DNA of 64,000 nucleotides from the NCBI GenBank assembly GCA_963666735.1, contig OY762926.1, positions 3,328,001 to 3,392,000 on the forward strand. The letters are read 5' to 3'. Position numbers and translations under genes: made by a program. Positions 38,966 to 49,344 of this stretch are shown here, one piece after another (the first letter of the stretch is position 1; each line of letters opens with the position of its first letter). The DNA comes from Gemmatimonadota bacterium (GTDB lineage: Bacteria > Gemmatimonadota > Gemmatimonadetes > Palauibacterales > Palauibacteraceae). The notes under the pieces were generated by a model. The model had not been told where the DNA came from, did not search any database, and saw nothing but the letters and a program-made list of their open reading frames with translations.

Positions 38966-40177
38966 CTATCCTCGCGATTCCAGCGCAATCAGCCTGACCA
39001 CGCGCACGGCCGGCACGCCAAGCTCGTCGCTCTCGATGTAGGCCAGCAGCCCGCCCGGGCCGAAGGCGTCCGGCACCCGCAGTCCCCCCGGCGGCAGGGT
39101 GCCGATGTAGTCCCCGGCGGGCGTCACGATGTCGATGGGGCCATCGGTGTCGCCCGTCGGACCCCGGCGCTCCACCCAGATGCGGTCCTCCCAGTCCACC
39201 TTGATGCCGGCGAGGACCGGCACTTCGCCGGCGAAGGCGAGTTCCTCCGCCCCCGCCCGCTCGAACTGGACCGCAAGGGTGGCTCGTCTACCGCTCTCGA
39301 GGAGCGCCGCCGTGGTCTCGCGATAGCGCTCTCGTTCGGCCTCCCTGATGCGTTCGTCGACCGCAAGCGGTGCAATCGGGCGCTCGACCGTTCCGGTCAC
39401 GCGGCCATCGGGAGCGATCAGCTTGATGCGGTAGCCGATCGAGTCGACCAGCGCGAGACGGCCATCGGCCAGCACGTCAAGGTCGAGGGGGGGCTCGAAT
39501 GCGCGGCCGGCCGACAGCCGCATCGCCATTCCGGCGGACGAGAACTCGCTCTCGACGAGATCTTCGTCCTCTCCCGGCAGTTTCCAGGCGGTGTAGAGGA
39601 CCTCGGCCCCGGTTCCGTCAAGCGAATAACCGTAAATGGGGCGTCCATCCTCGGCTTCCTCGTCGTCGCCGAGGCGCAGCAGCAGTGGGGTCACCGGGCG
39701 GCCATCGGGCAGCGCCACGTCGGCCCGGACCACCCCCGTCGTCGTCGGGTCCATCGCGACGCGTCGCACGAATTCGCCCCCGGCGTCCAAGAGGTCGATC
39801 TGCGCCAACCCTATCACCGTGTGGGAGCCGTCGCGGGCGACGATCAACCCTCTGGGCGAGTTGAACTCGCCGGGGCCCTCACCCTGCCCTCCCACCGTGC
39901 GGACCAGCGAGCCGTCCTGCCCGACCACGAAGATGCGCGCGGCCTGGCTGTCGAGAATGTGCAGATTGGCCTCCCGGTCGAATCCCACGGCCCGCACGCT
40001 GCCGAAGGTGTCCCAGGCGTCACCGGCCGCCGAGCCCACGGTGAACACATCCCGGGTGACGGCGTTCACCATCGCGTCGGGGCCATCGAGCGCGCCGGTA
40101 GCGCCGTCGGCCGGATCTTCTCCGCCCTCGGCGCAGGCCGCCAGGAGTACCGCCGCGATAAGCCGGGAGGCGGTCAC
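38966..40177 (-). CDS. 6-bladed beta-propeller lipoprotein
   Basis: LAAC lipobox, VGGQGEGPGEF, VDWEDRIWV, C-terminal DELGVPAVRV. Confidence 0.78.
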   Translation of the reverse strand: MTASRLIAAVLLAACAEGGEDPADGATGALDGPDAMVNAVTRDVFTVGSAAGDAWDTFGSVRAVGFDREANLHILDSQAARIFVVGQDGSLVRTVGGQGEGPGEFNSPRGLIVARDGSHTVIGLAQIDLLDAGGEFVRRVAMDPTTTGVVRADVALPDGRPVTPLLLRLGDDEEAEDGRPIYGYSLDGTGAEVLYTAWKLPGEDEDLVESEFSSAGMAMRLSAGRAFEPPLDLDVLADGRLALVDSIGYRIKLIAPDGRVTGTVERPIAPLAVDERIREAERERYRETTAALLESGRRATLAVQFERAGAEELAFAGEVPVLAGIKVDWEDRIWVERRGPTGDTDGPIDIVTPAGDYIGTLPPGGLRVPDAFGPGGLLAYIESDELGVPAVRVVRLIALESRG

Positions 40178-41454
40178 GGGGCCGAGAGGACGACCGCGTG
40201 CCTCGTCCCGAGCGGATCGATCTCGTAACCGTAGAATCGTCCGTCTCGCGCATCGGTGAGGACGAACCCGACCGGAACCTCCAGTCGATACCGGAACGCC
40301 CCATCGTACGAGTAGGCATCCCAGTACCGGGCTGAGCTATCGAGCACATCCCAGCCCAACCGTACGGGCAGCTCCCTGATCTCGTCTGCGGTAAGCGGGC
40401 GAGCCACCCAAAGGGTCTCCGACTCAGGGTCGAACCTTGCGTCCAGGAAGAGCGGGTATCGGTCGTTGAACGGCGATGGTTGCCCGGAGCGCCCTCCCGA
40501 CGCCGCGTTCGCCAACTGCCTTGCCACGTCCGGCGGAACCTCCGCGGCCAGCCCCCCCAACCTCCGCTCCAGACTTCGCATCCTCCTGGCGAGCCCCGGT
40601 TCGCGCAGAGCTTCGAGGTAGATGCGATCATCTTCCGGCAACTCCACGACGGCGTCCTCCCCGAAGGCGTACCGCGCGAGGATGTTCCCGGACAGGTCCC
40701 GCACTCGGATGTCGCCCGCCTGACGGTCGAGGATGGCGACCGTGCGGGGCCGGCTGCCTCCCACAACGAGCGTTCGGGATGCCCAACCCCGCCGGTCCTC
40801 GTCCACGAGCCAGGAGAAGGCCGGCTCCATGGCCTCGCCGGTCCATAGACTGAGACTCATCGTACGCGGCTCCGAGCCGAAACCCCAACTCATCACTGCG
40901 GCGCCCAGCACTTCGTCACCGGGAGACAGCAAGGCCCACGGGAACCCTTGAGTGACATCCAGCGGATGCGAGTCCAGCCAGGTGCGACCGGGGATGTCGA
41001 TGATGTTCAGGCGGCGATGACGAACGTCCGGCACCCACAGCCTGCCGGCCACGGCCACCGCATGGAGGATGTCCCCGGAAAACTCGCCCGGCCCCTCTCC
41101 GGCCGACCCGGCGCGCCCCAGCCACTCGCCGCCTTCATCGAAGAACGCAACGCCGCCGGACAGCCGGTCCACCACGGCAAAGCCGCCGGGCGTGGCCGCC
41201 ACCCAGGTCGCGTCGATGATTCCGCGTTCGCCCGGTACATTCTCGTCCGAAGCAGCCGGAACGCGAGCCACGAGCACCGCTCGCCGAATCTGATCGTTGG
41301 ACGGGTGGACCGTGGCCAACGTCGTGGGGGCAGCGGCATCCGGTAACCCCTGCTGCCGTCCCCGGGCCTCCGCCGGAGACCACAGGGCCACGAGCGCCGA
41401 GGTCAGCAGAATCACGCGAGAAGGTCTTCCCGCCCGCACGGCCGGGGTGCTCAT
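40174..41454 (-). CDS. Secreted 6-bladed beta-propeller protein
   Basis: Signal-like N-terminus, GSAGEGPGEF, LWVAR, WDAYSYDG, C-terminal DPLGTRH. Confidence 0.72.
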   Translation of the reverse strand: MSTPAVRAGRPSRVILLTSALVALWSPAEARGRQQGLPDAAAPTTLATVHPSNDQIRRAVLVARVPAASDENVPGERGIIDATWVAATPGGFAVVDRLSGGVAFFDEGGEWLGRAGSAGEGPGEFSGDILHAVAVAGRLWVPDVRHRRLNIIDIPGRTWLDSHPLDVTQGFPWALLSPGDEVLGAAVMSWGFGSEPRTMSLSLWTGEAMEPAFSWLVDEDRRGWASRTLVVGGSRPRTVAILDRQAGDIRVRDLSGNILARYAFGEDAVVELPEDDRIYLEALREPGLARRMRSLERRLGGLAAEVPPDVARQLANAASGGRSGQPSPFNDRYPLFLDARFDPESETLWVARPLTADEIRELPVRLGWDVLDSSARYWDAYSYDGAFRYRLEVPVGFVLTDARDGRFYGYEIDPLGTRHAVVLSAP

Positions 41455-41558
41455 TGCGACATCATCTTCAGCGTCCTTGAGAGATTCGACTTGCTCCGCC
41501 CGGCCATCTCCGCAGGAGGTTGGCTGCGCCGAACCGCCGCCGGAAACGCCACCGGGGC

Positions 41559-42023
41559 TCAGAACGAGATGTAGCCGCCCATCTGGAAGAGCACGATGTT
41601 CGTATCGCCGGACCCGTCGCCGACGTGGAGGATGAAGCGAGCCCCGTAGCGCCGTCCGAACGTCAGGCTCGCACCGGCGGTCGGCGAAACGTCTCCTCCG
41701 TCGTACTCGATGCCCGCGCGCAACGCCGGGCGAACGAGCCAACCGGAACGCCCGAGGAGGACCGACGCGCCGGTCCGATTGGCCGACCCGGCGATGTCGG
41801 CGCACCGGTAGTTCTCCACCATCCCGTACAGCGACACCGGCCCGGCGACCCGTCCGCTGATGCCGACGTAGCGTCCGGGACACGCGACGCTGTTGCCGCC
41901 GACGATCCCGGCTTCGAGACGGAAACGGCCCGGCGCTTCCCGCGCTTCATCCGTTTCCTGCGCCCGCACCTGCGAAGGCAGCGCGATGGCGAAAGCCAAG
42001 CCGGCCAGCAACAGCTTCGTCAT
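41559..42023 (-). CDS. Small secreted/outer-membrane beta-barrel-like hypothetical protein
   Basis: Signal peptide MTKLLLAGLAFAIALPSQVRA|Q, beta-strand pattern, C-terminal YISF; GAGGGAG RBS. Confidence 0.65.
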   Translation of the reverse strand: MTKLLLAGLAFAIALPSQVRAQETDEAREAPGRFRLEAGIVGGNSVACPGRYVGISGRVAGPVSLYGMVENYRCADIAGSANRTGASVLLGRSGWLVRPALRAGIEYDGGDVSPTAGASLTFGRRYGARFILHVGDGSGDTNIVLFQMGGYISF

Positions 42024-42236
42024 GTCAGTTCTCCCTCGCGTGCCCGCGTGGTTCGGGGCAATCCGCGAACGCGAATAGGGGCCAGGGTGGAGGATCTCGC
42101 CGCGAGCGGGCAGGCGTCCGCCGTACAGCCCCCGCACGAGGGCTGCGGGGGCGGCCAAGTGAAAGCAAAACATACCGCACGTCGCCCGCCGAATGCGAGC
42201 ATTGCACCGCACCCGTCGGCGTTCACCTCCGGCGGA

Positions 42237-42457
42237 ACGGAGGAATCGAGGGATTCCTGGTGCGCGCTCGCCGAGACATCGCTCCGAGACGCGGTGCACA
42301 TCGCCGCCGCGACGGTGGGTGGCCCCAACGTGCCGGCGAGCTGGAGTGGCACATGGTGAGCCTGTGGCGTATCCAACGATGTAATGAGGTGAACCGGGAA
42401 TAGGGATACGTCCCCCTCGATATCCGCAGCCCGAAGGAGTTCGAGAATGACGGGTGA
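42237..42457 (+). pseudogene. PIN-domain toxin remnant (3' part, frameshift and internal stop)
   Basis: TEESRD..ETSLRDAVHIAAATVGG....SW, then frameshift to HMVSLWRIQRCNEVNRE*GYVPLDIRSPKEFEND. This matches the DAxHIA..SWNxxH...IRSP C-terminus of a common PIN family. TAG at 42401. Confidence 0.65.
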
Positions 42458-42583
42458 GGCCGCGAAAAAGTCGTTCGATGTCGCCGGTCGGTGCGAGGAT
42501 TTTGACCCAGGCCGAGCCTGAACGCGATAATCGAACCTGCATTCGACATTCGACCAAGGCCCCCTGGTGAAGGAGGCCACGCC

Positions 42584-42775
42584 ACGGACTGGAACGAGTG
42601 CCCGGCTGTCGAGCGGACCCCGGGCAAGGTGAGCGGAGCCTGGGTCTTCTCGGGCACGCGGATTCCGCTGTACGCGCTCTACGAGAACCTGGCCGCGGGC
42701 GCCACCGTTCAGGAGTTCGTCGAGTGGTTTCCGGGGGTCGAGGAGCGGCAGGTCATAGCCGTGCTCGAACATGTC
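42584..42775 (+). pseudogene. DUF433-domain antitoxin, start codon ACG and native stop lost
   Basis: AAGGAGG RBS, then ACG-GAC-TGG: (M)DWNECPAVERTPGKVSGAWVFSGTRIPLYALYENLAAGATVQEFVEWFPGV. The frame then runs antisense into the next gene. Confidence 0.7.
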
Positions 42776-43817
42776 AGTGGTGGTCGGACTCCTCGTAGTG
42801 GCGCGCGAGCGCATCGCCGCCGAAGTCGTTCTCCAGGTCCCGCCACACCGAGTGGACATGATTCGCATCGTTTTGGGTATTGTCGTACTCGATCAGGAAG
42901 GCCGGGGCGTGGACCCGGTAGTAGTGACCCTCGCCGGGTTCGAGCGATCCCGCCCAGGCGAAGTGGATGCCGCTCGCCGGAATCTCGTCTTCGACCCGCG
43001 CCATCCAATCGAGACCCGCCGCCGTGTTTCCCGCGTACTCGTGCACGATCTCGAACAGGATCGCGCGCTGCTCCGCAGTCATGGCGTCGGCGGGAAGGCC
43101 CTCGAACGCGTCGAGCCGGGCCTCGCGGTCGTTCCCGGTGAGGATGTCGCTGGGGGCCTCGGCGGCGATGGTTGTGCGTTCACGCTGCTCCGGCGTGAAG
43201 CTCCGCATCAGCGCCCGGGCCAGATCCTCCTCCCGCCCCAGCGGCCGCCAGCCCGCCTTCGGACCCGATGGCACGCGGGCCGGGTTCGCGCCCATGAACG
43301 CGGGTCCCGTCACCGTGACCAACCCCGAGGGCGATGAGAAGTTGAGGGAGAGGTGGTGTCCCTCGAACCGCCATGCCCACGGCCCTTCCGAGGACGGGTC
43401 GCCGAAGATCGCGACATAGTAGTCCTCCGGATCCCGGCGCTCGGGCCGTCCTTCCAGGAGTCCGAGGATTCGCTCCAGTTCGATGATCGCACTGGCCTTC
43501 AGATAGCCCTGGCTGCTCATGGCGGCCTGCAGGAGGTCGTAGGCGGCGGCGCGCTGCTCGGCCGTCATCTCGGCGAGAGGCAAGCCGTTCCGCGATCTCG
43601 GGACGAAATGCCAGTTGAAGCGCTCCTCATCCTCGAGGGAGAAGAGCGCCTGCTCGCGTCCCGCCTCGTCGAGCAGGGCGACGAGGGCCTGCGCGGCGGA
43701 GGCCGAGTCCGCCTTCGCGCCCGGTTCTCCTCCGGCCGCAAGCGCGAGCGCGGCCGCGGGGAAGAGCAGGCAAGCCGCCCACATGACCCGTCCCGCCGTC
43801 CGGTTCCCGATCTTCAT
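42774..43817 (-). CDS. Secreted DUF3500-domain protein
   Basis: ERFNWHFVP, SSQGY, IFGDP..WAWRFEGHHLS.N, FAWAG, HYYRV, IEYDNTQNDANHVHSVWRD..NDFG. Confidence 0.85.
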   Translation of the reverse strand: MKIGNRTAGRVMWAACLLFPAAALALAAGGEPGAKADSASAAQALVALLDEAGREQALFSLEDEERFNWHFVPRSRNGLPLAEMTAEQRAAAYDLLQAAMSSQGYLKASAIIELERILGLLEGRPERRDPEDYYVAIFGDPSSEGPWAWRFEGHHLSLNFSSPSGLVTVTGPAFMGANPARVPSGPKAGWRPLGREEDLARALMRSFTPEQRERTTIAAEAPSDILTGNDREARLDAFEGLPADAMTAEQRAILFEIVHEYAGNTAAGLDWMARVEDEIPASGIHFAWAGSLEPGEGHYYRVHAPAFLIEYDNTQNDANHVHSVWRDLENDFGGDALARHYEESDHH

Positions 43818-43947
43818 CCTGCCTCCTCCGCTCAAGACAGCCGCGGCCGCACCCACTCGCGGATTGGGGCCGCCGGCTTCAAGTTGGTCGGTCCCGGCCG
43901 GGGCTGACCACCATTCCATATTCCGCCAGACAAGGCAGAATCGCCAG

Positions 43948-45090
43948 ATGATCGCGGGTTCCAACGGCGCGGAGGGCGACCGCCACCGCCAGGCCATGCA
44001 CGTGGAGTTCGACGGCGTGAGCAAGAGTTACGATGGCCGCACGCTGGTGGTGGACGATCTCAACCTCGGCATCGGCAAGGGTGAGTTCGTGACCCTGCTC
44101 GGTCCTTCGGGTTCGGGGAAGACGACCATTCTGATGATGCTCGCGGGCTTCCAGGCCACGACTTCCGGCGCGATCCGCATCGGCGGACGCTCCGTCCACG
44201 ACCTTCCGCCCCGCAAGCGCGGGATCGGGATGGTGTTCCAGAACTATGCGCTCTTTCCGCACATGACCGTGGGCGAGAACCTTGCGTTTCCGCTGGAAGT
44301 GCGAGGCATCGCCGAGGAACGGAGCCGCGAGCGCGTGACGCGCGCGCTCGACCTCGTCCGCCTCGCCGGCCTCGAGGACCGGCGGCCCGGCCAGCTTTCC
44401 GGCGGCCAGCAGCAGCGCGTGGCCATCGCGCGGGCCCTCGTGTTCGAACCCGAACTCGTGCTGATGGACGAGCCGCTCGGCGCCCTGGACCGCAGCCTGC
44501 GCGAGGAGATGCAGTATGAGATCCGCTCCATCCACCAGAGGCTGGGCGTGACCGTCGTCTACGTCACCCATGACCAGCAGGAGGCGATGGTGATGTCGGA
44601 TCGGATCGCCGTTCTCAACGGCGGCCGCATCGAGCAGATCGCCGGAGCGGAGGGGCTCTACGAGGAGCCGGAACGCGCGTTCGTGGCCCGCTTCATCGGC
44701 GAGAACAACCGGCTCCGCGGCCGGGTGGCGCTGGTCGAGGATGACCTGTGCGAAGTGGATGTGGGGGGCGAGCGGATCCGAGCCTTTCGGGTCGCCCCGT
44801 GCGGAGTCGGCGACATGGTCACGCTCTCGATTCGCCCCGAGCGGATCGCGATCAAGCCCCGCGGCGGGCTGTATCACAACGAGGTCGAGGCCGCCGTCGA
44901 GGACATGACCTTTCTCGGCGACCACCTGCGTGTCCGGCTGGCCGCCTGCGGGCAACGGGATGTCGTGGTCAAGATCCCGAACATCGTGGGGCACGGCGCC
45001 ATGATGGTGGGCGATGCCGTCCGGATCGGATGGACCGTCAACGACTGCCGCGCGCTGGACTTCGAAGGGGAAGAGGCAAGAGACGCATGA
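43948..45090 (+). CDS. potA: Polyamine-type ABC transporter ATP-binding protein (PotA family)
   Basis: [40 protein letters not shown]-terminal TOBE. Start at 43948 or 43996. Confidence 0.88.
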   Translation: MIAGSNGAEGDRHRQAMHVEFDGVSKSYDGRTLVVDDLNLGIGKGEFVTLLGPSGSGKTTILMMLAGFQATTSGAIRIGGRSVHDLPPRKRGIGMVFQNYALFPHMTVGENLAFPLEVRGIAEERSRERVTRALDLVRLAGLEDRRPGQLSGGQQQRVAIARALVFEPELVLMDEPLGALDRSLREEMQYEIRSIHQRLGVTVVYVTHDQQEAMVMSDRIAVLNGGRIEQIAGAEGLYEEPERAFVARFIGENNRLRGRVALVEDDLCEVDVGGERIRAFRVAPCGVGDMVTLSIRPERIAIKPRGGLYHNEVEAAVEDMTFLGDHLRVRLAACGQRDVVVKIPNIVGHGAMMVGDAVRIGWTVNDCRALDFEGEEARDA

Positions 45091-46211
45091 AGAAGAGATC
45101 CGCCATCCAAACGTCGCGCGCCGGGGGGCTTGTCGTCCTCGCGGCCGCATCGGCATTCACGCTCGGGTGCGGGCCGCAGGCGCCCGAGGGTCCGGCGATC
45201 ACGGCCGTTTCGTGGGGAGGCTCCTACGGGCGGGCGTATCGCGGGGCCATCCAGGTTCCGTTCACCGACGAGACGGGAATTCGAGTGGACATGGAGGACT
45301 ACAACGGCGGGCTGGCGCAGATAAGGGCGCAGGTCGATGTCGGAGCGGTCCACTGGGATGTCGTCGACCTCGAGATGGCCGACGCGATGCGGGGCTGCGA
45401 CGAAGGCCTTCTGGAACCCATCGACATCGACATGCTGCCGCCGGCCCCCGATGGGACGCCCGCGAGGGACGACTTCCATACGGAGATGCAGGGTCCGTGC
45501 GGGGCCGGGATGCTGTTCTATTCCACCGTCTACGCGTACAACGCCGACCTCTTTCCCGATGAGAAGCCGGCGACGATGGCGGATTTCTTCGACCTGGAGA
45601 AGTTCCCCGGCCGCCGCGGCATGCGTCGCGTGCCGCAGGTCAATCTCGAGTTCGCCCTCATCGCCGACGGCGTGCCGCTCGACGAGGTTTACGCCGTTCT
45701 GCGTACCGCGGAGGGGCTGGACCGGGCCTTCGACAAGCTGGCCACGATCGCGGATCAGGTCATCTGGTGGGAGGCGGGCGCCCAGCCGCCCCAGATGCTC
45801 GCCGACGGCGAGGTCGTGATGAGCACGGCCTACAACGGCCGCATCTTCAACGCGCAGGTGCTCGAAGGGCAGCCGTTCGCGATCGTCTGGGACGGCCAGC
45901 TGCTCGACTACGGCCAGTTGACCATCGTGGCGGGGACGCCGAGGCTGGAGGATGCGCTCCGCTTCGTCCGCTTCGCGACGACGGGAGAATCGCTGGCGGC
46001 GGTCGCGCGCCGGATCTCCTACGGTCCGGCCCGCCGGTCGGGAGAACCGCTCGTCACCACGCACCTGGCGACCGGCGTCGAGATGGCGCCCCACATGCCC
46101 ACCAGCCCCGAGAACGCCGCGCGCGCCCTCCGAAACGACTGGGAATTCTGGGTGGACCATCAGGACGCGCTGAACGAGCGCTTCAGCGCCTGGCTGACCC
46201 GTGCGAACTGA
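45087..46211 (+). CDS. ABC transporter substrate-binding lipoprotein (PotD/PotF-like)
   Basis: TLGC lipobox, VSWGGSY, WDVVD, DFFDLEKFPGRRG, LEFALIADGV. Confidence 0.88.
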   Translation: MKKRSAIQTSRAGGLVVLAAASAFTLGCGPQAPEGPAITAVSWGGSYGRAYRGAIQVPFTDETGIRVDMEDYNGGLAQIRAQVDVGAVHWDVVDLEMADAMRGCDEGLLEPIDIDMLPPAPDGTPARDDFHTEMQGPCGAGMLFYSTVYAYNADLFPDEKPATMADFFDLEKFPGRRGMRRVPQVNLEFALIADGVPLDEVYAVLRTAEGLDRAFDKLATIADQVIWWEAGAQPPQMLADGEVVMSTAYNGRIFNAQVLEGQPFAIVWDGQLLDYGQLTIVAGTPRLEDALRFVRFATTGESLAAVARRISYGPARRSGEPLVTTHLATGVEMAPHMPTSPENAARALRNDWEFWVDHQDALNERFSAWLTRAN

Positions 46212-46218
46212 CGGAGCG

Positions 46219-47304
46219 ATGAGGGCCGCGGCGCGAGCATCGGCGCACACGGCCCTGCTCGCCGCGTGTTTCGCCGGACAGGCCGCGGCCCAGTCGATTA
46301 CGGCCGTCTCCTACGGCGGCTCGTATCAGAGAGCGGGCACCGAGGCCTGGTACGAGCCGTTCGCGGCCGCCACCGGAATCCGCGTGGACGTCGAGGACTT
46401 CAACGGAGGCCTGGCCCAGATCCGGGCCCAGGTGGAGGTCGGCAACATCTACTGGGACGTCGTGGACCTCGCCGTCTCGGAAGTGGCGCTCGCCTGCGAC
46501 GAGGGCCTGCTCGAGTACATCGATCCGCAGACGCTCCCCTCCGGACCGGATGGGACGCCCGCCGAGGAGGATTTCATCTCCGGCACCCTCTCCGACTGCG
46601 GAGTGGGGGGCGTCGTCTGGTCCACGATCTACGCATACGACGCCAACCGCTTCCCCGGCTCCCGGCCGGAGACGATCGCGGACTTCTTCGATCTCGAGAA
46701 GTTTCCCGGACGCCGCGGGATGCGTCGCGTGCCCATGGTCAACCTCGAGTTCGCTCTCCTGGCCGACGGAGTGCCGGCCGAGGACGTATACGCCGTCCTG
46801 GATACTCCGGCGGGGCTGGACCGCGCCTTCGACAAGCTCGATACGATCAAGGACCAGGTCATCTGGTGGGAGGCGGGCGCACAACCGCCCCAGATGCTGG
46901 CCGACGGCGAGGTCGTGATGAGCACGGCCTACAACGGTCGCATCTTCAACGCGCAGGTGCTCGAGGGACAGCCGTTCGTGATCGTCTGGGACGGGCAGCT
47001 CCTGGACAGCAACCAGCTGGCCATCGTCGCGGGCACTCCGAGGCTGGACGAAGCGATGCGGCTCGTGAGCTTCGCGAGCAGCGCCGGGGCTCTCGCCGCT
47101 CTGGGCCGGAGGATCTCGTACGGTCCGGCGCGGGAGTCGGCCGCGCCGCTGATTACGACCCATCTGGAGACGGGCATTGAGATGGGCCCGCACCTGCCGA
47201 CCCATCCGCCCAACATGGCGCGCGCTCTACGGAGGGACTGGTCCTGGTGGGTGGACAACCAGGATGAGCTGAACGAGCGTTTCAGCGCCTGGCTGGCGCG
47301 CTGA
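46219..47304 (+). CDS. Second ABC substrate-binding protein, paralog of the previous gene
   Basis: Signal peptide ending AAA|Q, VSYGGSY, same conserved blocks. Confidence 0.88.
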   Translation: MRAAARASAHTALLAACFAGQAAAQSITAVSYGGSYQRAGTEAWYEPFAAATGIRVDVEDFNGGLAQIRAQVEVGNIYWDVVDLAVSEVALACDEGLLEYIDPQTLPSGPDGTPAEEDFISGTLSDCGVGGVVWSTIYAYDANRFPGSRPETIADFFDLEKFPGRRGMRRVPMVNLEFALLADGVPAEDVYAVLDTPAGLDRAFDKLDTIKDQVIWWEAGAQPPQMLADGEVVMSTAYNGRIFNAQVLEGQPFVIVWDGQLLDSNQLAIVAGTPRLDEAMRLVSFASSAGALAALGRRISYGPARESAAPLITTHLETGIEMGPHLPTHPPNMARALRRDWSWWVDNQDELNERFSAWLAR

Positions 47305-47308
47305 CGGG

Positions 47309-48538
47309 ATGACGGCACGCCGGCGACACAGGGTCGCGGGGGTCGGTCCGGGCTACCGCGAGCGGCTTCGGGCGCTGGGGCTCGTGCTGCCGCTCCTCAT
47401 CTTCCTGGGCGTCACCTTCCTCGCCCCGCTGGCAACGATGCTGTTGAGGAGCGTCTACGACCCGGTCGTGGCGGACGCCCTGCCCGCGACGCTCACGGCC
47501 CTGCGCGCGTGGGACGGCGAAGCGCTCCCGCCGGAGGCGGCGTACGAGGCGGCTGCCCGCGAAATCGCGACGGCGCGGGAGACGAGAACGCTGGGACAGG
47601 TCGCCAGCCGGGCAAACCGGCTGCAGAGCGGGCTGCGGGGCGTGTTCACGCGGACCGCCCGGGATCTTCGCGAGGTGACCGGGGGTCCGTGGCGCGAAGC
47701 CATGGCGGCGAGCGATTCCGCCTGGGTCGATCCGGCCACCTGGCACGCGATCCGCGCGGCCGGCGAGCGCTTCACGGCCCGCCACTACCTGAACGCGGTG
47801 GACATGCGGCGGCTGGCGGACGGTTCCGTCGCGCGGCAGCCCGAGGAGCGGCGCATCTATCTGCCGCTCCTGTGGCGCACGCTGCTCGTGAGCCTGGCGA
47901 TCACCGTCTTCTGCCTCATCCTCGGCTATCCGATCGCTCATCTCATCGCACACGCGAAGCCGCGCCGGGCCGGTCTCCTCCTCGCGCTCGTGCTCGTCCC
48001 CTTCTGGACGTCGCTCCTCGTGCGGACCACCTCGTGGATCGTCCTGCTCCAGACGCAGGGCGTCGTCAACGACCTGCTGGTGGCGATCGGGCTCGTCGGC
48101 GACGATGGCCGGCTCTCGATGGTCTACAACATGACGGGCACGCTCGTGGCCATGACCCACGTCCTGCTGCCCTTCATGGTGCTGCCGCTGTACTCGGTCA
48201 TGCGGTCGATTCCACCGCTGCACATGCGGGCCGCCGCCTCGATGGGGGCCACGCCCGCCCAGGCGTTCCGCCGCGTCTACTGGCCGCAGACGATGCCGGG
48301 CGTGGGCGCGGGCTCGCTCCTCGTCTTCATCCTCGCGATCGGCTACTACATCACGCCCGCGCTCGTCGGCGGGAGCAGCGGCCAGCTGATCTCGAACATG
48401 GTCGCCTATCACATGCAGACGTCCCTGAACTGGGGACTCGCGGCGGCGCTGGGCGCGCTTCTGCTGGTGGGCGTGCTCGTCCTCTACCTGCTCTATGACC
48501 GGCTGGTCGGCGTCGAGCGCATGAGCCTGGGCTCGTGA
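47309..48538 (+). CDS. potB: ABC permease (PotB-like)
   Basis: LVPFWTSLLVRT, HVLLPFMVLPLY, AAASMGA EAA-type loop. Confidence 0.85.
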   Translation: MTARRRHRVAGVGPGYRERLRALGLVLPLLIFLGVTFLAPLATMLLRSVYDPVVADALPATLTALRAWDGEALPPEAAYEAAAREIATARETRTLGQVASRANRLQSGLRGVFTRTARDLREVTGGPWREAMAASDSAWVDPATWHAIRAAGERFTARHYLNAVDMRRLADGSVARQPEERRIYLPLLWRTLLVSLAITVFCLILGYPIAHLIAHAKPRRAGLLLALVLVPFWTSLLVRTTSWIVLLQTQGVVNDLLVAIGLVGDDGRLSMVYNMTGTLVAMTHVLLPFMVLPLYSVMRSIPPLHMRAAASMGATPAQAFRRVYWPQTMPGVGAGSLLVFILAIGYYITPALVGGSSGQLISNMVAYHMQTSLNWGLAAALGALLLVGVLVLYLLYDRLVGVERMSLGS

Positions 48539-49344
48539 CCGGGGCCCGCATCGGCCGTTTCGGCTACCTCGCCTTCTGCGCCTGCGTCTTCATCTTCCTC
48601 GTGGCGCCGATCATCGTGATCGTGCCGCTCAGCTTCAACGCGGAACCCTACTTCACCTTCACCGAGGGCATGCTCCGCCTCGATCCCGAGGCGTGGTCGC
48701 TGCGGTGGTACCGCGAGATCGTCGAGAACGAGGCGTGGACGCGCGGTCTCGTGAACAGCCTGGTGATCGGCGTCTCCGCCACGCTGCTCGCGACGGCGCT
48801 CGGGACGCTGGCGGCGCTTGGGCTGTCGAACTCCGCCATGCCGGCGCGCCGCTTCATCACCGGCCTCCTCATCTCGCCCATGGTGACCCCGGTCATCATT
48901 TCGGCGGCGGGGATGTTCTTCTTCTACACCAACCTCGGACTGGCACAGACGCACCTGGGGCTGATCCTCGCCCACGCGACGCTGGGCCTGCCCTTCGTCG
49001 TGATCACGGTGGTCGCCACGCTGTCGGCCTTCGACCGCAACCTGACGCGGGCCGCGGCCAGCCTCGGCGCCGGGCCCATGCGCATCTTCCGCACCGTGCA
49101 ACTGCCGCTGATCGCCCCCGGCGTGATCTCGGGGGCCCTGTTCGCCTTCGCCACATCGTTCGACGAGGTGGTCGTCGTGCTCTTCATGGGCGGGCTGGAG
49201 CAGCGGACGATCCCGCGCCAGATGTGGGCCGGGATCCGCGAACAGATCAGCCCCGCGATCCTCGCCGTCGCAACCTTCCTGGTCGTGTTCGCGCTCGCGC
49301 TCCTCCTGACCGTCGAGTGGCTCCGCCGCCGCGCGTCAGCCTGA
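48535..49344 (+). CDS. potC: ABC permease (PotC-like)
   Basis: PLSFN, SLRWY, AAASLGA, FATSFDEVV. Confidence 0.88.
   Translation: MTGARIGRFGYLAFCACVFIFLVAPIIVIVPLSFNAEPYFTFTEGMLRLDPEAWSLRWYREIVENEAWTRGLVNSLVIGVSATLLATALGTLAALGLSNSAMPARRFITGLLISPMVTPVIISAAGMFFFYTNLGLAQTHLGLILAHATLGLPFVVITVVATLSAFDRNLTRAAASLGAGPMRIFRTVQLPLIAPGVISGALFAFATSFDEVVVVLFMGGLEQRTIPRQMWAGIREQISPAILAVATFLVVFALALLLTVEWLRRRASA

Noticed and set aside
42025..42230. Hairpin-containing leader upstream of the small outer-membrane gene as a riboswitch
   Set aside because: One GC-rich stem only; no riboswitch consensus recognised.
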